Source of the DNA: an uncultured Acidobacteriaceae bacterium
GTDB lineage: Bacteria; Acidobacteriota; Terriglobia; Terriglobales; Acidobacteriaceae
Reading direction: 5' to 3'
Assembly: GCA_963848805.1 (NCBI GenBank)
Contig: CAWKFD010000030.1
Span: 14,796 to 78,795, forward strand
Length of the DNA: 64,000 bases
Below the pieces are notes generated by a model. That model saw only the letters and a list, made by a program, of their open reading frames with translations. It was not told the origin of the DNA and did not search any database. Made by a program: the position numbers and the translations under genes. Below are positions 39,273-52,213 of the stretch, piece by piece (position 1 is the first letter of the stretch; the number at the start of each line of letters is the position of its first letter).

Positions 39273-40391
39273 GTGGACAGAAGGAACAATCTGGCGATTC
39301 TGAAGGATTACGCGGCCTATTTGCGCGTCGAAAAGGGGCTGCGCCCGCTGACCTGCGAGGCCTATCTCAGTGACCTGCGCATCTTCGCGGAGTTCCTTGA
39401 GAGCCGCAACGGCGTGCTGCTGACGGCGGTCGAGGGCGACGTAGCCGGATTACTCGAGAATCTGCGGAGCCACGGCATCGAGTCTCGCTCTTCGGCGCGC
39501 AAGCTGAGCTGTTTGCGCGGCTTTTACAAGTGGCTGCTGCTGGATAAGCGCATTGATCACGATCCCACGGTCAACATTGAATCGCCCAAGGCGTGGAAGG
39601 TGCTACCCAAGTCGCTGGCCGAGCCGGAGGTGACGGAGATGCTGGAGCGGGCTGCCATGGCGGCTTCGCATCCGCAGGCCAAAGCCACGGCGCTGCGCGA
39701 CCGAGCCATTCTGGAGCTGCTGTACGCCGCCGGGCTGCGCGTTTCAGAGGTCACGTCGCTCGCTACCAGCGATCTTGCGCTCGACCTGGGGCGCGTGCAG
39801 GTGCGCGGCAAGGGCGACAAGGAGCGGATTGTGCCGCTGGGGCGCTCCGCGCTACTCGCTTTGGAGGAGTACTTGCGCGAAGGACGGCCGCACCTGGATC
39901 GCATCAGCTCGTCGCGCCGGAGCCGTGCGGCGAGACAAAGTTCGCCGCGCCAGGACCGGGGCCCCCAACGGCAGGTTTTAGCCGGTGGGGTGGAGGACCG
40001 GGGCTCCCAACGGCAGGCTTTAGCCTTTGGGGTGGATAATCGCGCCCGGCTGTTTCTTTCCTTGCGCGGTATGCCGCTCACGCGGCAATGGATCTGGAGC
40101 CTAGTCAAGAGTTCGAATAATGCAACAAGCCCGCACGGTCTGCGCCACAGTTGCGCCACGCACATGGTGGAGCACGGCGCCGATTTGCGCAGCGTGCAAT
40201 TGATGCTGGGCCACGCCGACATCTCCACAACGCAGGTGTATACGCACCTTGCATTGGGCCGGTTGAAGGCTGTACACCGTCAGTACCACCCACGCGCGGC
40301 GCGCCGCCCGGCTGAATTCGGCGCGCACTCAGATGCTGCTCCCGGCCCGTGCCTTGTTGTCGAAAAGGTCCCCGGCGAAGAAACCTCATGA
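39273..40391 (+). CDS. xerD: Tyrosine recombinase XerD with an in-frame insertion of about 40 aa
   Basis: [57 protein letters not shown]. Confidence 0.88.
   Translation: MDRRNNLAILKDYAAYLRVEKGLRPLTCEAYLSDLRIFAEFLESRNGVLLTAVEGDVAGLLENLRSHGIESRSSARKLSCLRGFYKWLLLDKRIDHDPTVNIESPKAWKVLPKSLAEPEVTEMLERAAMAASHPQAKATALRDRAILELLYAAGLRVSEVTSLATSDLALDLGRVQVRGKGDKERIVPLGRSALLALEEYLREGRPHLDRISSSRRSRAARQSSPRQDRGPQRQVLAGGVEDRGSQRQALAFGVDNRARLFLSLRGMPLTRQWIWSLVKSSNNATSPHGLRHSCATHMVEHGADLRSVQLMLGHADISTTQVYTHLALGRLKAVHRQYHPRAARRPAEFGAHSDAAPGPCLVVEKVPGEETS
39954..40037 (+). repeat. Two tandem 42-bp family-A palindromic units inside the xerD coding sequence
   Basis: GACCGGGGCCCCCAACGGCAGGTTTTAGCCGGTGGGGTGGAG + GACCGGGGCTCCCAACGGCAGGCTTTAGCCTTTGGGGTGGAT, encoding [14 protein letters not shown] / [14 protein letters not shown]. 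Confidence 0.85.
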
Positions 40392-41380
40392 GTTCCACGG
40401 CTGCACCGCCGATTGCCGACACCATCGCCGCGCTGGCCGAGGCTTATCTGCACATGCTGGCCAATGAGCGCGGCGCATCAACGCACACGGTGCGCGCCTA
40501 CCAGCGCGAGCTGCGCGAATTTGCCGCGTGGCTGGCCGGACGCAAGGAGGAGCCCGACGCCACAGCGGCCGGCTTGCGTGTTGACCGCATCGAGCACACG
40601 CACATTCGCGCGTATCTGAGTACGCTGTACGAACGCGGGCTATCGAAGGCCTCGGCGGCGCGGGCGCTGGCGGCGATCCGAAGCTGGTTCAAGTGGCTGG
40701 CGCGCGGCAAGCACATCGAGCAGAATGCGGCCTCGCTCGTCGCCACGCCGAGGCTGCCCAAGCATTTGCCGCGCGTGCCTTCCATCGAACAGATGAATCG
40801 CGTGGTGGATTCGGTCGGCGACGACTCGGCAAGCTGGCCGGCGCGCGACAAGGCGATCCTTGAGATGCTCTACGGCTGCGGCATCCGCAACGCGGAGCTG
40901 ACCGGATTGAATCTCGGCGACATTCACTGGGCCAACGAAGCGATTCTGGTGCGCGGCAAGGGGAAGAAGCAGCGCTACGTGCCACTGGGCGATGCGGCTG
41001 CCGAGGCTTTGCGCGTGTATCTCGCCGAGCGCTCGGTGCGGCTGGCCGCGGCCGATGGCGAAAGGCGGCTGGAGACGCCGGCGTTGTTTGTGAATCTGCA
41101 GTTGCGCGGTCTGGCGAAAGGCGGCCAGGCGCGGTTGACTACGCGGAGCGTAGGCCGCATCGTCAAGCGCATTGCCATATTGCGCGGGCTTTCGGCAGAC
41201 GTGCATCCGCACACGCTGCGCCATGCATTCGGGACGCATCTGCTTGAGGAAGGCGCGGATTTGCGCGCAATTCAGGAACTGCTGGGCCACGAACGGCTTT
41301 CGACCACACAGCGCTATACGCAACTCACCACGGCGCAGTTGACCGAGGTCTACGATCGCACGCACCCGCGGGCAAAATAA
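40388..41380 (+). CDS. xerC: Tyrosine recombinase XerC
   Basis: [68 protein letters not shown]; ATGA overlap with xerD. Confidence 0.88.
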   Translation: MSSTAAPPIADTIAALAEAYLHMLANERGASTHTVRAYQRELREFAAWLAGRKEEPDATAAGLRVDRIEHTHIRAYLSTLYERGLSKASAARALAAIRSWFKWLARGKHIEQNAASLVATPRLPKHLPRVPSIEQMNRVVDSVGDDSASWPARDKAILEMLYGCGIRNAELTGLNLGDIHWANEAILVRGKGKKQRYVPLGDAAAEALRVYLAERSVRLAAADGERRLETPALFVNLQLRGLAKGGQARLTTRSVGRIVKRIAILRGLSADVHPHTLRHAFGTHLLEEGADLRAIQELLGHERLSTTQRYTQLTTAQLTEVYDRTHPRAK

Positions 41381-41430
41381 CAACACCATTTCACGAGGCT
41401 TGAACCTGACCCGGTGGTGATCGCACCGCA

Positions 41431-42669
41431 CTACGTCGAATAATCCGCGTTGATGCGGATGTATTCGGCCGTCAGGTCGGTCGTCCAGAAAACGCATGAG
41501 CCCCGTCCCTGGTTGAGTTGGATGGAGATCGAGAACTCACGCTGGCTGATGTAGGCGTGAGCGGCGGCCTCGTCGAATTCGGGAGCGCGTCCGCCATCGC
41601 GGCAAATGGGCAGCTCGCCGAAACTTATATCGAAGCGGTCAGGGTCGATGTTGGCCCCGGAGTAGCCGATGGCGGCCGCGAGCCGGCCCCAGTTCGGGTC
41701 GCAGCCAGCCCACGCGGTCTTTACCAGCGGTGAGTGCGCGATGGCTTTGGCTACGCGCAAGGCATCGGCATCATTCGCCGCGCCGTCGATGCGCAATTCA
41801 ACCACATGCGACACGCCTTCGCCGTCGGCAACAACCTGACGAGCAAGGGAAGTGCAGACCTCGGTGAGTGCGGCGGCAAAAGCCGCATCATTCGGCCCGA
41901 TATGGACGCCGCTTGCACCGGAGGCCAAAAGCAGCACGGTGTCGTTGGTCGAAGTGTCGCCGTCCACGGAGATGCGGTTGAAGCTGACCTCGATGGCGGG
42001 ACCGAGATAGCCGTTCAAATCAGCCGGCTCGATGGAAGCGTCGGTGAGGATGTAAATCAACATCGTCGCGTGAGGTACAAGCTGGGGATGAATCATGCCG
42101 GCGCCCTTGCCGAAGGCCACAATTCGTACCTCGCCGCGCACTTCGCGCCCGTCGCCATCGCGGCCGGTCACGTCGAGGCGGGCGCAGGCGATTTTCTCCA
42201 CGGTATCGGTGGTCAGGATGGCCTGGGCAGCCTGGTGGAAGTGGCTGTGTTCGGCGCCGAGCGACGCGGCAACCACGGGCAACACTGCAATCAGCTTCTC
42301 CGCGGGCAGGGGCACACCGATGATCCCTGTCGACGATGGAAAGACCTCCTCTGCGCGGCAGCCGAAAGCGCGCGCGGCCGCTTCGCACGTAGCGCGAGCG
42401 GCTTTGAGGCCGGCTTCGCCCGCGGCGCAGTTGGCGTTACCGGCGTTGATGGCAACAACGCCCACGCGGCCGCCAGTCGTTTTGAGATGCTCCTTGTCAA
42501 GCAGCAGGGGCGCGGCGATGACGCGGTTCGCGGTAAAGGCCGCTGCAGCGCTGGCGGGCGCGTCGGCCACGATGAGGGCGAAGTCAGGACGTCCGCTGGC
42601 CTTCAGGCCGGCCTTGGCTGCAGCAAAGCGGAAGCCGCGAGGGATGAGAAAAGACGATAGGTCGCTCAT
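41431..42669 (-). CDS. argJ: Bifunctional ornithine acetyltransferase / N-acetylglutamate synthase
   Basis: FTANRVIAAP, NAGNANC, SSTGIIG, ILTTDT, KGAGMIHP, VDGDTSTNDT, DPNWGR, YIRINADY. Confidence 0.95.
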   Translation of the reverse strand: MSDLSSFLIPRGFRFAAAKAGLKASGRPDFALIVADAPASAAAAFTANRVIAAPLLLDKEHLKTTGGRVGVVAINAGNANCAAGEAGLKAARATCEAAARAFGCRAEEVFPSSTGIIGVPLPAEKLIAVLPVVAASLGAEHSHFHQAAQAILTTDTVEKIACARLDVTGRDGDGREVRGEVRIVAFGKGAGMIHPQLVPHATMLIYILTDASIEPADLNGYLGPAIEVSFNRISVDGDTSTNDTVLLLASGASGVHIGPNDAAFAAALTEVCTSLARQVVADGEGVSHVVELRIDGAANDADALRVAKAIAHSPLVKTAWAGCDPNWGRLAAAIGYSGANIDPDRFDISFGELPICRDGGRAPEFDEAAAHAYISQREFSISIQLNQGRGSCVFWTTDLTAEYIRINADYST

Positions 42670-42733
42670 GGACGTAACCCATTTAATCTAGCAGGTGGGC
42701 GAAGCGCGAGCCAACGATTGACTGCGAGGGGCT

Positions 42734-43543
42734 GTGACGGAGAATCCAGAGCCGGAAAGTTTTCTTGAGATGAGTGAGGTGAATGTTGCGCGCGGCGATC
42801 GAGTGGTTCTGCACAACCTGAACCTTAGCATTCGCGCCGGGGAACACGTAGCGATCCTGGGACCGAACGGATGCGGGAAATCCACGCTGATCCTGACCAT
42901 GACGTGCCAACTCTATCCCATCGTCCGACCGGGAATGCGGGTGCGAATCTTCGGGCGCGAGCGTTGGGATCTGACTGAGCTGCGGCGGCATTTTGGCGTG
43001 GTCAGCGCCGGGCCCACGGGAACCGAGTTGCCGGGCGAACGGACGGCCGTAACCTGTGGGCTGGACGCGGTGATCGCGGGCTTCTTTTCCGCTTCGACGC
43101 TGTGGCCTAATCTGCATGTGACCGACGAGATGCGCGCGCAGGCCAGTGAGGCGCTGGGACGCATGGAGGCCACGCGGCTGGCCGCGCAATTGGTGGGCGC
43201 CATGTCGGCCGGAGAGAAGCGGCGGATTTTGATCGCGCGGGCACTTGTGCACCGGCCACGGCAACTCTTGCTCGACGAGCCCTCCAACGCGCTCGACCTG
43301 GCGGCGCAAAGGGAGTTGCGCGAGACGCTGCGGGGACTTGCCCGCGAGGGTACGGGGCTGGTGATGGTGACGCACCACCTGGGCGACATTCTGCCGGAGA
43401 CCGAGCGCGTCATCCTCATGCGCGACGGGTGCATCGTAGCCGACGGTCCGCGGGAAGAGCTACTGACAGAGGAGCGGCTGAGCGAGCTCTTCCATACGCC
43501 GGTCCGCATCGGGCGCGATGCGGAGTGGTTGCACAGCTGGTGA
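42734..43543 (+). CDS. Stand-alone ABC transporter ATP-binding protein (ModF-like)
   Basis: GPNGCGKST, MSAGEKRR, LLLDEP, VTHH; no adjacent permease. Confidence 0.85.
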   Translation: MTENPEPESFLEMSEVNVARGDRVVLHNLNLSIRAGEHVAILGPNGCGKSTLILTMTCQLYPIVRPGMRVRIFGRERWDLTELRRHFGVVSAGPTGTELPGERTAVTCGLDAVIAGFFSASTLWPNLHVTDEMRAQASEALGRMEATRLAAQLVGAMSAGEKRRILIARALVHRPRQLLLDEPSNALDLAAQRELRETLRGLAREGTGLVMVTHHLGDILPETERVILMRDGCIVADGPREELLTEERLSELFHTPVRIGRDAEWLHSW

Positions 43544-43601
43544 AAAAACAGGGATCAGAATCCAAGATGCTGTGGAATCGGGAATACTGACGGGAGTCTT
43601 T

Positions 43602-44573
43602 ATGGAACCCACAAGTCGTGGTCCACGTTGGAAGACTCTGCTGGCCTTCGGGATTATCTATTTTGTATGGGGGTCAACTTTCTACGCCATTCGCGTGGGT
43701 GTTGGCGAAGTTCCGCCATTTCTTTTTTGCGCCATGCGGTTCCTGGCGGCGGGACTTCTGGTTTATGGCTGGGCGATCGCGCGAGGAGAGCGGAACCCGA
43801 GTGGGCGGCAGTGGATATCGGTGTTTCTGCTGGCGTTTCTGATTTTCGCTGTCGACTATGGGCTGCTGTTTTGGGCAGAGCAACGCGTGCCATCGGGCAT
43901 CGCCGCGGTGATGCTGGCGACGATTCCGGCGTTCATGGCGCTGGCGGAAATTGTGATACTGCGAACGCAAAGGCTCACGGTGAGGCTGGCCGCAGCATTG
44001 CTGGCAGGAATGGCGGGAGTGGCAATACTGATGATCCGGTCAACGGATCTGGAAAGGCTGGGCGCCCTGGGAAGCCTGGGTAAGTTAGGCGGTGCACCGA
44101 TCGATACGGCAGGCGCCGTGGCGCTGATCATTGGGGCGCTCAGTTGGTCGGTGGCATCGGCGCTATCGCGCAAGCTCCCGCTACCTGAGTCGAAGGTGAT
44201 GAGCTCAGGCGCGCAGATGCTTGCCGGTGGGCTTTTGCTGGCTGTGATTGCCGCAGCGCGCGGAGAACTGGCCGGATTCCACGCCCGCAACGTGTCGGGC
44301 GCGGCGTGGTTTGCATTGCTCTACCTGATTTTTTTGGGTTCGATTGCCGGATTCACGGCGTACGTGTGGCTGCTGCATCACGAATCGCCGACGAAAGTCG
44401 GAACCTATGCCTACGTGAACCCGGTGGTGGCCGTGGTGCTGGGATATTTTCTGGGCGCGGAGGCGCTTGGCGCACGAACGGTGGTGGGCGGATTGTGTGT
44501 GCTGGCGAGCGTAGTGGCGATCACGACTGCGCGCGCCAAGAGCCCGGCAACTCACTTGCCGCGGAAGAGGTAA
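43602..44573 (+). CDS. EamA/DMT-family transporter (YedA-like)
   Basis: IYFVWGSTF, PPFLFCAMRF, VPSGIAAV, FLGSIAGFTAY.WLL, YAYVNPVVAV. Confidence 0.9.
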   Translation: MEPTSRGPRWKTLLAFGIIYFVWGSTFYAIRVGVGEVPPFLFCAMRFLAAGLLVYGWAIARGERNPSGRQWISVFLLAFLIFAVDYGLLFWAEQRVPSGIAAVMLATIPAFMALAEIVILRTQRLTVRLAAALLAGMAGVAILMIRSTDLERLGALGSLGKLGGAPIDTAGAVALIIGALSWSVASALSRKLPLPESKVMSSGAQMLAGGLLLAVIAAARGELAGFHARNVSGAAWFALLYLIFLGSIAGFTAYVWLLHHESPTKVGTYAYVNPVVAVVLGYFLGAEALGARTVVGGLCVLASVVAITTARAKSPATHLPRKR

Positions 44574-44618
44574 AGTAGACTCGTGTTTGCCAGCCACTGC
44601 GGTTCGGCCGCATCCGGA

Positions 44619-45904
44619 TCAAGGCCTGATCGGGAATTGTGCAGTGACTTCCTGACCCGCGATAAAGACGCGCGGGAGCGCAGGAGTGGCGATGAAGTAA
44701 GCAAGCTCGCGGTAGTCAGCGAACTCGTGAATGAGAAGATCGGCCTGTTTGCCGGGCTGAAGTGCGCCCGCACAGTGGCCAAGGCCGAGGCTCCATGCGG
44801 CATTCACGGTGGCCGCGGTGAGCGCTTCGGCCGGCGTGAGCGCCATGTGCAGGCAGGCCAAGGAGAGAATGAACGGCATGGAATTAATCGGCGACGAGCC
44901 GGGGTTGAAATCGCTGGCCACCACAATCGCCAGGCCCCGCTCCACCATGGCGCGGGCAGGCGGGTAAGCGGTGCGCGCGAGCGCAAACACCGAACCGGGA
45001 AGCAACACCGGCTGCACTTGGGCGGCACGCAGCGCGTCGAGCGCCTCCGTGGTCGCGGTTTCAAGATGATCCGCTGTACGCGCGTGCAGCTCGGCGGCTA
45101 GAGCCGCTCCTGTGCCGGAACGAAACTGCTCGGCGTGCAGGCGCAGATCCAGGCCGTGGCCGCGCGCGGCGGTGAGTACGGTGCGCGCTTCTTCGACCGT
45201 GAAGGCGTGGTCGTCGCAGAAAACGTCGCAGAAACGCGCCAGCTTCAGGGTTGCGACCTCGGGGATCAACTCTTCCGCGATCCAGCGAACGTACTCCGCG
45301 CGGCGGCCGGCGAATTCCGGAGGAACCGTGTGCGCCGCGAGCAGCGTGGGGACGATTCTCGGGCCGCAGGCGCTACGCATGGGGCCCTCGGCATTGAGCC
45401 GAGCCATCACGCCCAACATACGCAGCTCCGTTTCGCGCTCCAGTCCATAGCCTGACTTGGCTTCGGCCGTCGTTGTGCCGGAGCGAAGCATCCAATCACG
45501 ATGACGGCGCGACTGGGCCAATAATTCCTCTTCAGAAGCGGCGCGCGTGGCTCTCACCGTACTCAGAATGCCTCCGCCGGCGGCGGCGATCTGCTGGTAA
45601 CTGGCGCCGGCAATGCGCTGCTCGAACTCGGCGGCGCGGTTGCCCGCAAACACAAGATGCGTGTGCGCATCCACGAAGCCCGGCGTGACGCAACGGCCCT
45701 CGGCATCGACCACTGCGTGGGGCAGCCCTTTGGATTTGATCTCCTGATAGGGGGCAGCCGCGACGATGCGGCCGTCTTCAATGAGCAGCGCGGCGTTGGG
45801 AATGATACCCAGTTCGCAAAGTTCCGAGCCCACGCGGGGGCGATCCGGCCCCGCCAGCGTGACGAGTTGGCCGATATTGACGACTGCGAGCGAGCTTGTC
45901 ACGA

Positions 45905-45908
<4 letters not shown>
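44619..45908 (-). CDS. hutI: Imidazolonepropionase
   Basis: [53 protein letters not shown]. Confidence 0.95.
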
Positions 45909-47584
<1,676 letters not shown>

Positions 47585-47767
47585 ACGCCCCCCTATGAAA
47601 GACCGCGACTGGCCGGAATGAGCAGCTTTGCCGCGGTTATGAAAGCCGCTACATAGAATACTCCCGAAGGATGGGCGGGTGCTGAGGACCGAATACGTGA
47701 GGGAGCAATTTGCGAGTTGCCGGCCGCCGACTTGCTGACTCGCCGACTGGCTCTTTATCCTTCTCCC

Positions 47768-49288
47768 GTGCCCAGAACTTTAGTTGAATGCGTACCGAAT
47801 TTTTCCGAGGGCCGCGACGCGGCTAAAGTCGATGCCATCGTTGAAGCCATGAAGCTGCCTGGGGTCTACATGCTCGATCGCGGGATGGATGCCGATCATA
47901 ACCGATGTGTGATCACGCTGGCAGGCGAGCGCGAGGCCATTCAGGAAGCCGCGATTCGCGGCGTTGGCAAGGCCGCAGAACTGATCGACCTCACTCATCA
48001 TGAAGGTGCGCACCCGCGCCTGGGGGCGGCCGATGTGGTCCCATTCATTCCCATCGACGGCGTCACTCTTGAGGATTGCGTGGCCATGGCGCGGCATGCG
48101 GGCGCGGAAATCTGGAAGCGCTACCAGATCCCGGTTTATTTGTACGAAGCCGCCGCCACCACGCCCGAGCGCCAGAACCTCGAAAACATCCGCCGCGGCC
48201 AGTTCGAAGGGGTGCGCGATGAGATTGCCGCCAATCCGGCGCGCCGGCCCGACTTCGGCGAGGCGCGCCTGCATCCCACGGCCGGCGCCACTGTGGTGGG
48301 GGCGCGCAAGTTTCTAATCGCTTACAACATTTTCCTCAACACGCCCGACGCGGCTATCGCCAAAAGCATCGCCAGGGCAGTGCGTTTTTCCTCGGGCGGG
48401 ATGCGCTTTGTGAAGGCATCGGGTTTCCTGGTGAGAGGTTTGGCGCAGGTTTCAATGAACCTCACCGATTTCGAGCAGACGCCGGTGCATCGCGTTTTTG
48501 AACTTGTCAAGCGGGAGGCCGCGCGCTATGGCGTTCTGCCCGTTTCGAGCGAGCTTGTCGGCCTCATCCCCAAGCGTGCCGTGGAGCAGACCGCCGAGTG
48601 GTTCCTGCAGTTGGAGAACTTCGATTCCTCGCTCATCCTGGAGAATCGCGTTGCCGCGGTGGTTAGCGGCCAGGTGGCCGCTGGAGGCTCGCGCGCAGGA
48701 GCGGCCCCGAGCGCCGGGGTTGCCCACTTTATCGAGCAACTGGCCGCGCCCACCGCGGTTCCCGGCGGAGGCAGCGCCGCTGCCGCCAGCGCCGCCATGG
48801 CCGCTGGGTTGGCCGGCATGGTTGCGTCCATGTCGCGCGGCAAGAAAGCCTACGTGCAATACGAGAGACAGTTGAGCGAGTCACTCGCCCGGCTCGCGGT
48901 GCTGCGCGAGGAGCTGAAATCGGCGATCGACGCCGACGCCGAAGCGTACAACGCCGTCGTGAAGGCATACAAATTGGCAAAGGAGTCTGCCGACCGCGCA
49001 CATGCGATTGCTGACGCATTGCAGCAGGCAGCCGCTGTGCCTCTTGGCGTGGCCGAAAGAGCCGCCGAGGTGGCGCGCATCGCCAGGGCGCTGAAACCGA
49101 TCACCAATCCCAACATGAATTCCGACCTGACGACGGCGGTCGCACTGGCAAATGCAGCCATCGCGGGGGCGATTGCCAATGTCGAGATCAACCTCGATTC
49201 GATTAAGCCCGACTCGGTCGAGGGCGAAGCATTTGTTATGATGGCGCGGGGCCGCGCTGTCGCGCTGAAGGCGGATGCCGCACTATGA
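47768..49288 (+). CDS. ftcD: Glutamate formimidoyltransferase / formiminotetrahydrofolate cyclodeaminase (bifunctional)
   Basis: [44 protein letters not shown]; C-terminal PGGGSAAA cyclodeaminase domain. Confidence 0.92.
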   Translation: MPRTLVECVPNFSEGRDAAKVDAIVEAMKLPGVYMLDRGMDADHNRCVITLAGEREAIQEAAIRGVGKAAELIDLTHHEGAHPRLGAADVVPFIPIDGVTLEDCVAMARHAGAEIWKRYQIPVYLYEAAATTPERQNLENIRRGQFEGVRDEIAANPARRPDFGEARLHPTAGATVVGARKFLIAYNIFLNTPDAAIAKSIARAVRFSSGGMRFVKASGFLVRGLAQVSMNLTDFEQTPVHRVFELVKREAARYGVLPVSSELVGLIPKRAVEQTAEWFLQLENFDSSLILENRVAAVVSGQVAAGGSRAGAAPSAGVAHFIEQLAAPTAVPGGGSAAAASAAMAAGLAGMVASMSRGKKAYVQYERQLSESLARLAVLREELKSAIDADAEAYNAVVKAYKLAKESADRAHAIADALQQAAAVPLGVAERAAEVARIARALKPITNPNMNSDLTTAVALANAAIAGAIANVEINLDSIKPDSVEGEAFVMMARGRAVALKADAAL

Positions 49289-50805
49289 ATTCCTCATCGC
49301 CGCTTTTGCTCTCAGGGCAAAATCTCTCGCTCGAAGAGGTCGATAGCGTAGCTCGCGGCCTGGGAAAAGTTGGTCTCAATCCATCCTCTCTGGCGCGCGT
49401 CGATGCCGCCCGGCAGACGATAGAGAACATCCTCGAGAAAGATGTTGCCGTCTACGGCGTTAATACCGGCTTTGGAAAGCTCTCCGACGTGCGCATTCCG
49501 GCGAACCGCCTGTGTGACTTGCAGGTGAACCTGGTGCGAAGCCATTCGAGCGGTCTGGGCAGGCCCCTTTCCGACGCCGAAGTGCGGGCCATGCTCCTGC
49601 TGCGCGCAAACGTCCTGGCCAAAGGCTTCAGCGGAGTTCGCAGAGAGACCATCGAGATGCTGATCGGCCTGCTCAACGCAGGCATTCATCCCGTTGTGCC
49701 GGAAAAGGGTTCTGTGGGAGCGAGCGGGGATCTTGCGCCACTGGCGCATCTTGCGCTGGTTCTCATGGGCGAAGGAGAGGCTTTCTATCGCGGAGAGCGC
49801 ATCGGCGGCGGTGAGGCGCTGCGCCGCGCCGAGCTGGCTCCGCTGCGGTTGGAAGCGAAGGAAGGTCTTGCGCTGCTGAACGGCACGCAGGCGATGACTG
49901 CCGTTGCTTCGCTGGCCCTCTACGATGCGCAGCGTCTTGTGCGGCTGGCCGATGTTGCCGGCGCCATGTCGCTGGAGGCGCTGCGTGGCACGCCCGTGGC
50001 CTTCGATTTTCGCATTCAGGATGCGCGGCCCCATCGCGGCCAGGCAGCCGCGGCCCGGCATCTGACGGCATTGCTCGAACGCAGCGAGATCCGCGAATCG
50101 CACCGCACCAATGACTCGCGCATTCAGGATGCCTACAGTCTGCGCTGTATGCCGCAGGTGCATGGCGCGGTACGGGATGTGCTGGACCATGTAACGGCAA
50201 TCGTGGAGACTGAAACCGGCTCCGCAACCGACAATCCGCTCGTTTTTGCCGCCAGCGGCGAAGTGCTCTCCGGCGGCAACTTCCACGGCGCGCCGCTCGC
50301 CTATGCGTTTGACTACGCCGCCATCGCGCTCACCGATCTTGCCGGCATGTGCGAGCGCCGCATCGACCGGCTCATCAATCCCGACCTCAACGAAGGCCTG
50401 CCGCCGTTTCTGTCGAGTGAGGCCGGCTTATCGTCGGGGTACATGATTGCGCACGTGGCCGCCGTCGCGCTTCTGAATGAATGCAAGGTGCTGGCGCATC
50501 CGGCCAGCGTAGACAGCGTGCCTACTTCCGGCGGCAAGGAAGACCACGTTTCGATGGGAATGACCGCCGCGCTCAAGCTCAGGCAGGTTGTCGAGAACGC
50601 GGAGCACATCCTCGCTATCGAGCTTCTCTGTGCCGCACAGGGGCTGGACTATCGGAAACCGCTCAAGCCGGGCAAGCAGATTGAGCAGATCCTCAACGTG
50701 ATCCGTGCGATCGTCCCTCGCCTCGAGGCAGACCGGCCTCCGTCGAACGACATCAACCAACTGGTCCTGGCAATCCGCGAGGGCAAGTTCGGCGAACACC
50801 TTTAA
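49285..50805 (+). CDS. hutH: Histidine ammonia-lyase
   Basis: YGVNTGFG, GSVGASGDLAPLAH (MIO Ala-Ser-Gly), QDAYSLRC, GGNFHG, KEDHVSMG. Confidence 0.97.
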   Translation: MNSSSPLLLSGQNLSLEEVDSVARGLGKVGLNPSSLARVDAARQTIENILEKDVAVYGVNTGFGKLSDVRIPANRLCDLQVNLVRSHSSGLGRPLSDAEVRAMLLLRANVLAKGFSGVRRETIEMLIGLLNAGIHPVVPEKGSVGASGDLAPLAHLALVLMGEGEAFYRGERIGGGEALRRAELAPLRLEAKEGLALLNGTQAMTAVASLALYDAQRLVRLADVAGAMSLEALRGTPVAFDFRIQDARPHRGQAAAARHLTALLERSEIRESHRTNDSRIQDAYSLRCMPQVHGAVRDVLDHVTAIVETETGSATDNPLVFAASGEVLSGGNFHGAPLAYAFDYAAIALTDLAGMCERRIDRLINPDLNEGLPPFLSSEAGLSSGYMIAHVAAVALLNECKVLAHPASVDSVPTSGGKEDHVSMGMTAALKLRQVVENAEHILAIELLCAAQGLDYRKPLKPGKQIEQILNVIRAIVPRLEADRPPSNDINQLVLAIREGKFGEHL

Positions 50806-50887
50806 CTGCCCAAATGCTGATTCTGCGACTCCAAAGCCTGATTCGAGATCAAATTGTGAGCCCAGAGTGTTTCAAGAATAGGTTTCG

Positions 50888-50950
50888 AAAGGGCACGGCA
50901 TCAGTTGTGCCGCACGGAATCCCAAATTCGTACCGCTTTAGGCGCTGAGG
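50888..50950 (+). repeat. REP-like element, family C
   Basis: AAAGGGCACGGCATCAGTTGTGCCG...CGCTTTAGGCGCTGAGG; hairpin related to 11237..11262. Confidence 0.5.
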
Positions 50951-51054
50951 GATGGTCTTTCTTCGCGAATGCTGCTATTTTTGAAACAATTCTAAGAAGT
51001 CCGTGTTCGGTTGCGAGGGCCCGGATGTTCTCGCCTGCCGGGCGAATCTCAGTG

Positions 51055-52128
51055 ATGCCAGCCAGCCCTTCGTTCGAGCCGCCTGCAGAACGTCCCGTAG
51101 GCCTGACGTTCGAGCCTCACCCTTGGCTCACCAACGGCCATCTTCAAACCATCGTCGGCAACTTTCTTCCTCGTCCCGCATTTCGCCTCGCCACCGTCGC
51201 CGAAACTGTCGAAGTCGATCCCGCCGACGCGAGCCGCGTTCTCTGCCACTGCCATTGGCAGCCTGAAGCGGCGCGCGGCGCGCGGCTCACAGTGGTTCTC
51301 GTGCACGGCCTCGAGGGTTCGTCCGATTCCCGCTACATCCTCGGCATCGCCACGCGCGCCTGGGCCGCCGGCATGAACGTCGTCCGCATGAACATGCGCA
51401 GCTGCGGCGGTTCTGATGCGCTCTCGCCCACGCTCTATCACTCAGGCCGCTCCGCCGATGTGGGTGCCGTGGTCAACCACTTCGCTGAACGCTTCTCGCT
51501 TGACCGCGTCGCCCTCGTCGGCTACTCCATGGGCGGCAACCTGGTGCTCAAGCTCGCCGGCGAGTGGGGCGCCACCCGGCCTCTTGTCGCCGTGGCCACC
51601 GTCTGCCCGGCCATCGATCTGGCCGCCGGCGCCGACGCTCTCCACGAGCCGGCCAACCGCATGTACGAGTGGCATTTTCTGCGCAACCTGATGCGCCGGA
51701 TCCGCCGCAAAGCCGAGCTCTTTCCCGCCATCTATCAAATCGGCGGCATCGGCCCCATCCGCTCCATCCGCCAGTTCGATCAGGAATTCGTCGCGCGCTA
51801 TTGCGGTTTTCGCGATTCCGACGACTACTACTATCGCGCCGCCAGCGCCCGCGTCGTCGACCGCATCGCGGTTCCCACGCTCATTCTCTGTGCTCAGGAC
51901 GACCCCTTTATCCGCCTCTTCCCTGAAACCCGCGCCCGGCTCCTCGCCAATCCCCACATTACATTTGTCGAGTCGCGCCACGGCGGCCATTGCGCCTTCC
52001 TGAGCCGTCGCTCTGCCGGTGACATTCACTGGGCTGAGGCCACGGTCGTCCGTTACCTTCAGGCTGCCGCTGGAGATGCGCTTCCCGCCGCCGCGCCCTC
52101 CGAATCGGTCACTTCGCAGCTACAATGA
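51055..52128 (+). CDS. YheT-family alpha/beta hydrolase
   Basis: NGHLQTI, VHGLEGSSDS, GYSMGGN (nucleophile Ser), DDPF, HGGHCAF. Confidence 0.88.
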   Translation: MPASPSFEPPAERPVGLTFEPHPWLTNGHLQTIVGNFLPRPAFRLATVAETVEVDPADASRVLCHCHWQPEAARGARLTVVLVHGLEGSSDSRYILGIATRAWAAGMNVVRMNMRSCGGSDALSPTLYHSGRSADVGAVVNHFAERFSLDRVALVGYSMGGNLVLKLAGEWGATRPLVAVATVCPAIDLAAGADALHEPANRMYEWHFLRNLMRRIRRKAELFPAIYQIGGIGPIRSIRQFDQEFVARYCGFRDSDDYYYRAASARVVDRIAVPTLILCAQDDPFIRLFPETRARLLANPHITFVESRHGGHCAFLSRRSAGDIHWAEATVVRYLQAAAGDALPAAAPSESVTSQLQ

Positions 52129-52136
52129 AGACGAGT

Positions 52137-52213
52137 GGGCGAGTAGCTCAATCGGATAGAGCACCGGCCTTCTAAGCCGGGGGTTGTGGGTTCGATTCCC
52201 GCCTCGCCTACCA
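52137..52213 (+). tRNA. tRNA-Arg(TCT)
   Basis: GGGCGAG/CTCGCCT acceptor stem, anticodon arm CCGGC-CT-TCT-AA-GCCGG, GGTTCGATTCC T-loop, encoded CCA. Confidence 0.96.

Noticed and set aside
39954-40037. CRISPR-like array
   Set aside because: Only two abutting units, no spacers, no cas genes, and it lies in a coding frame. No CRISPR array was seen anywhere in the window.
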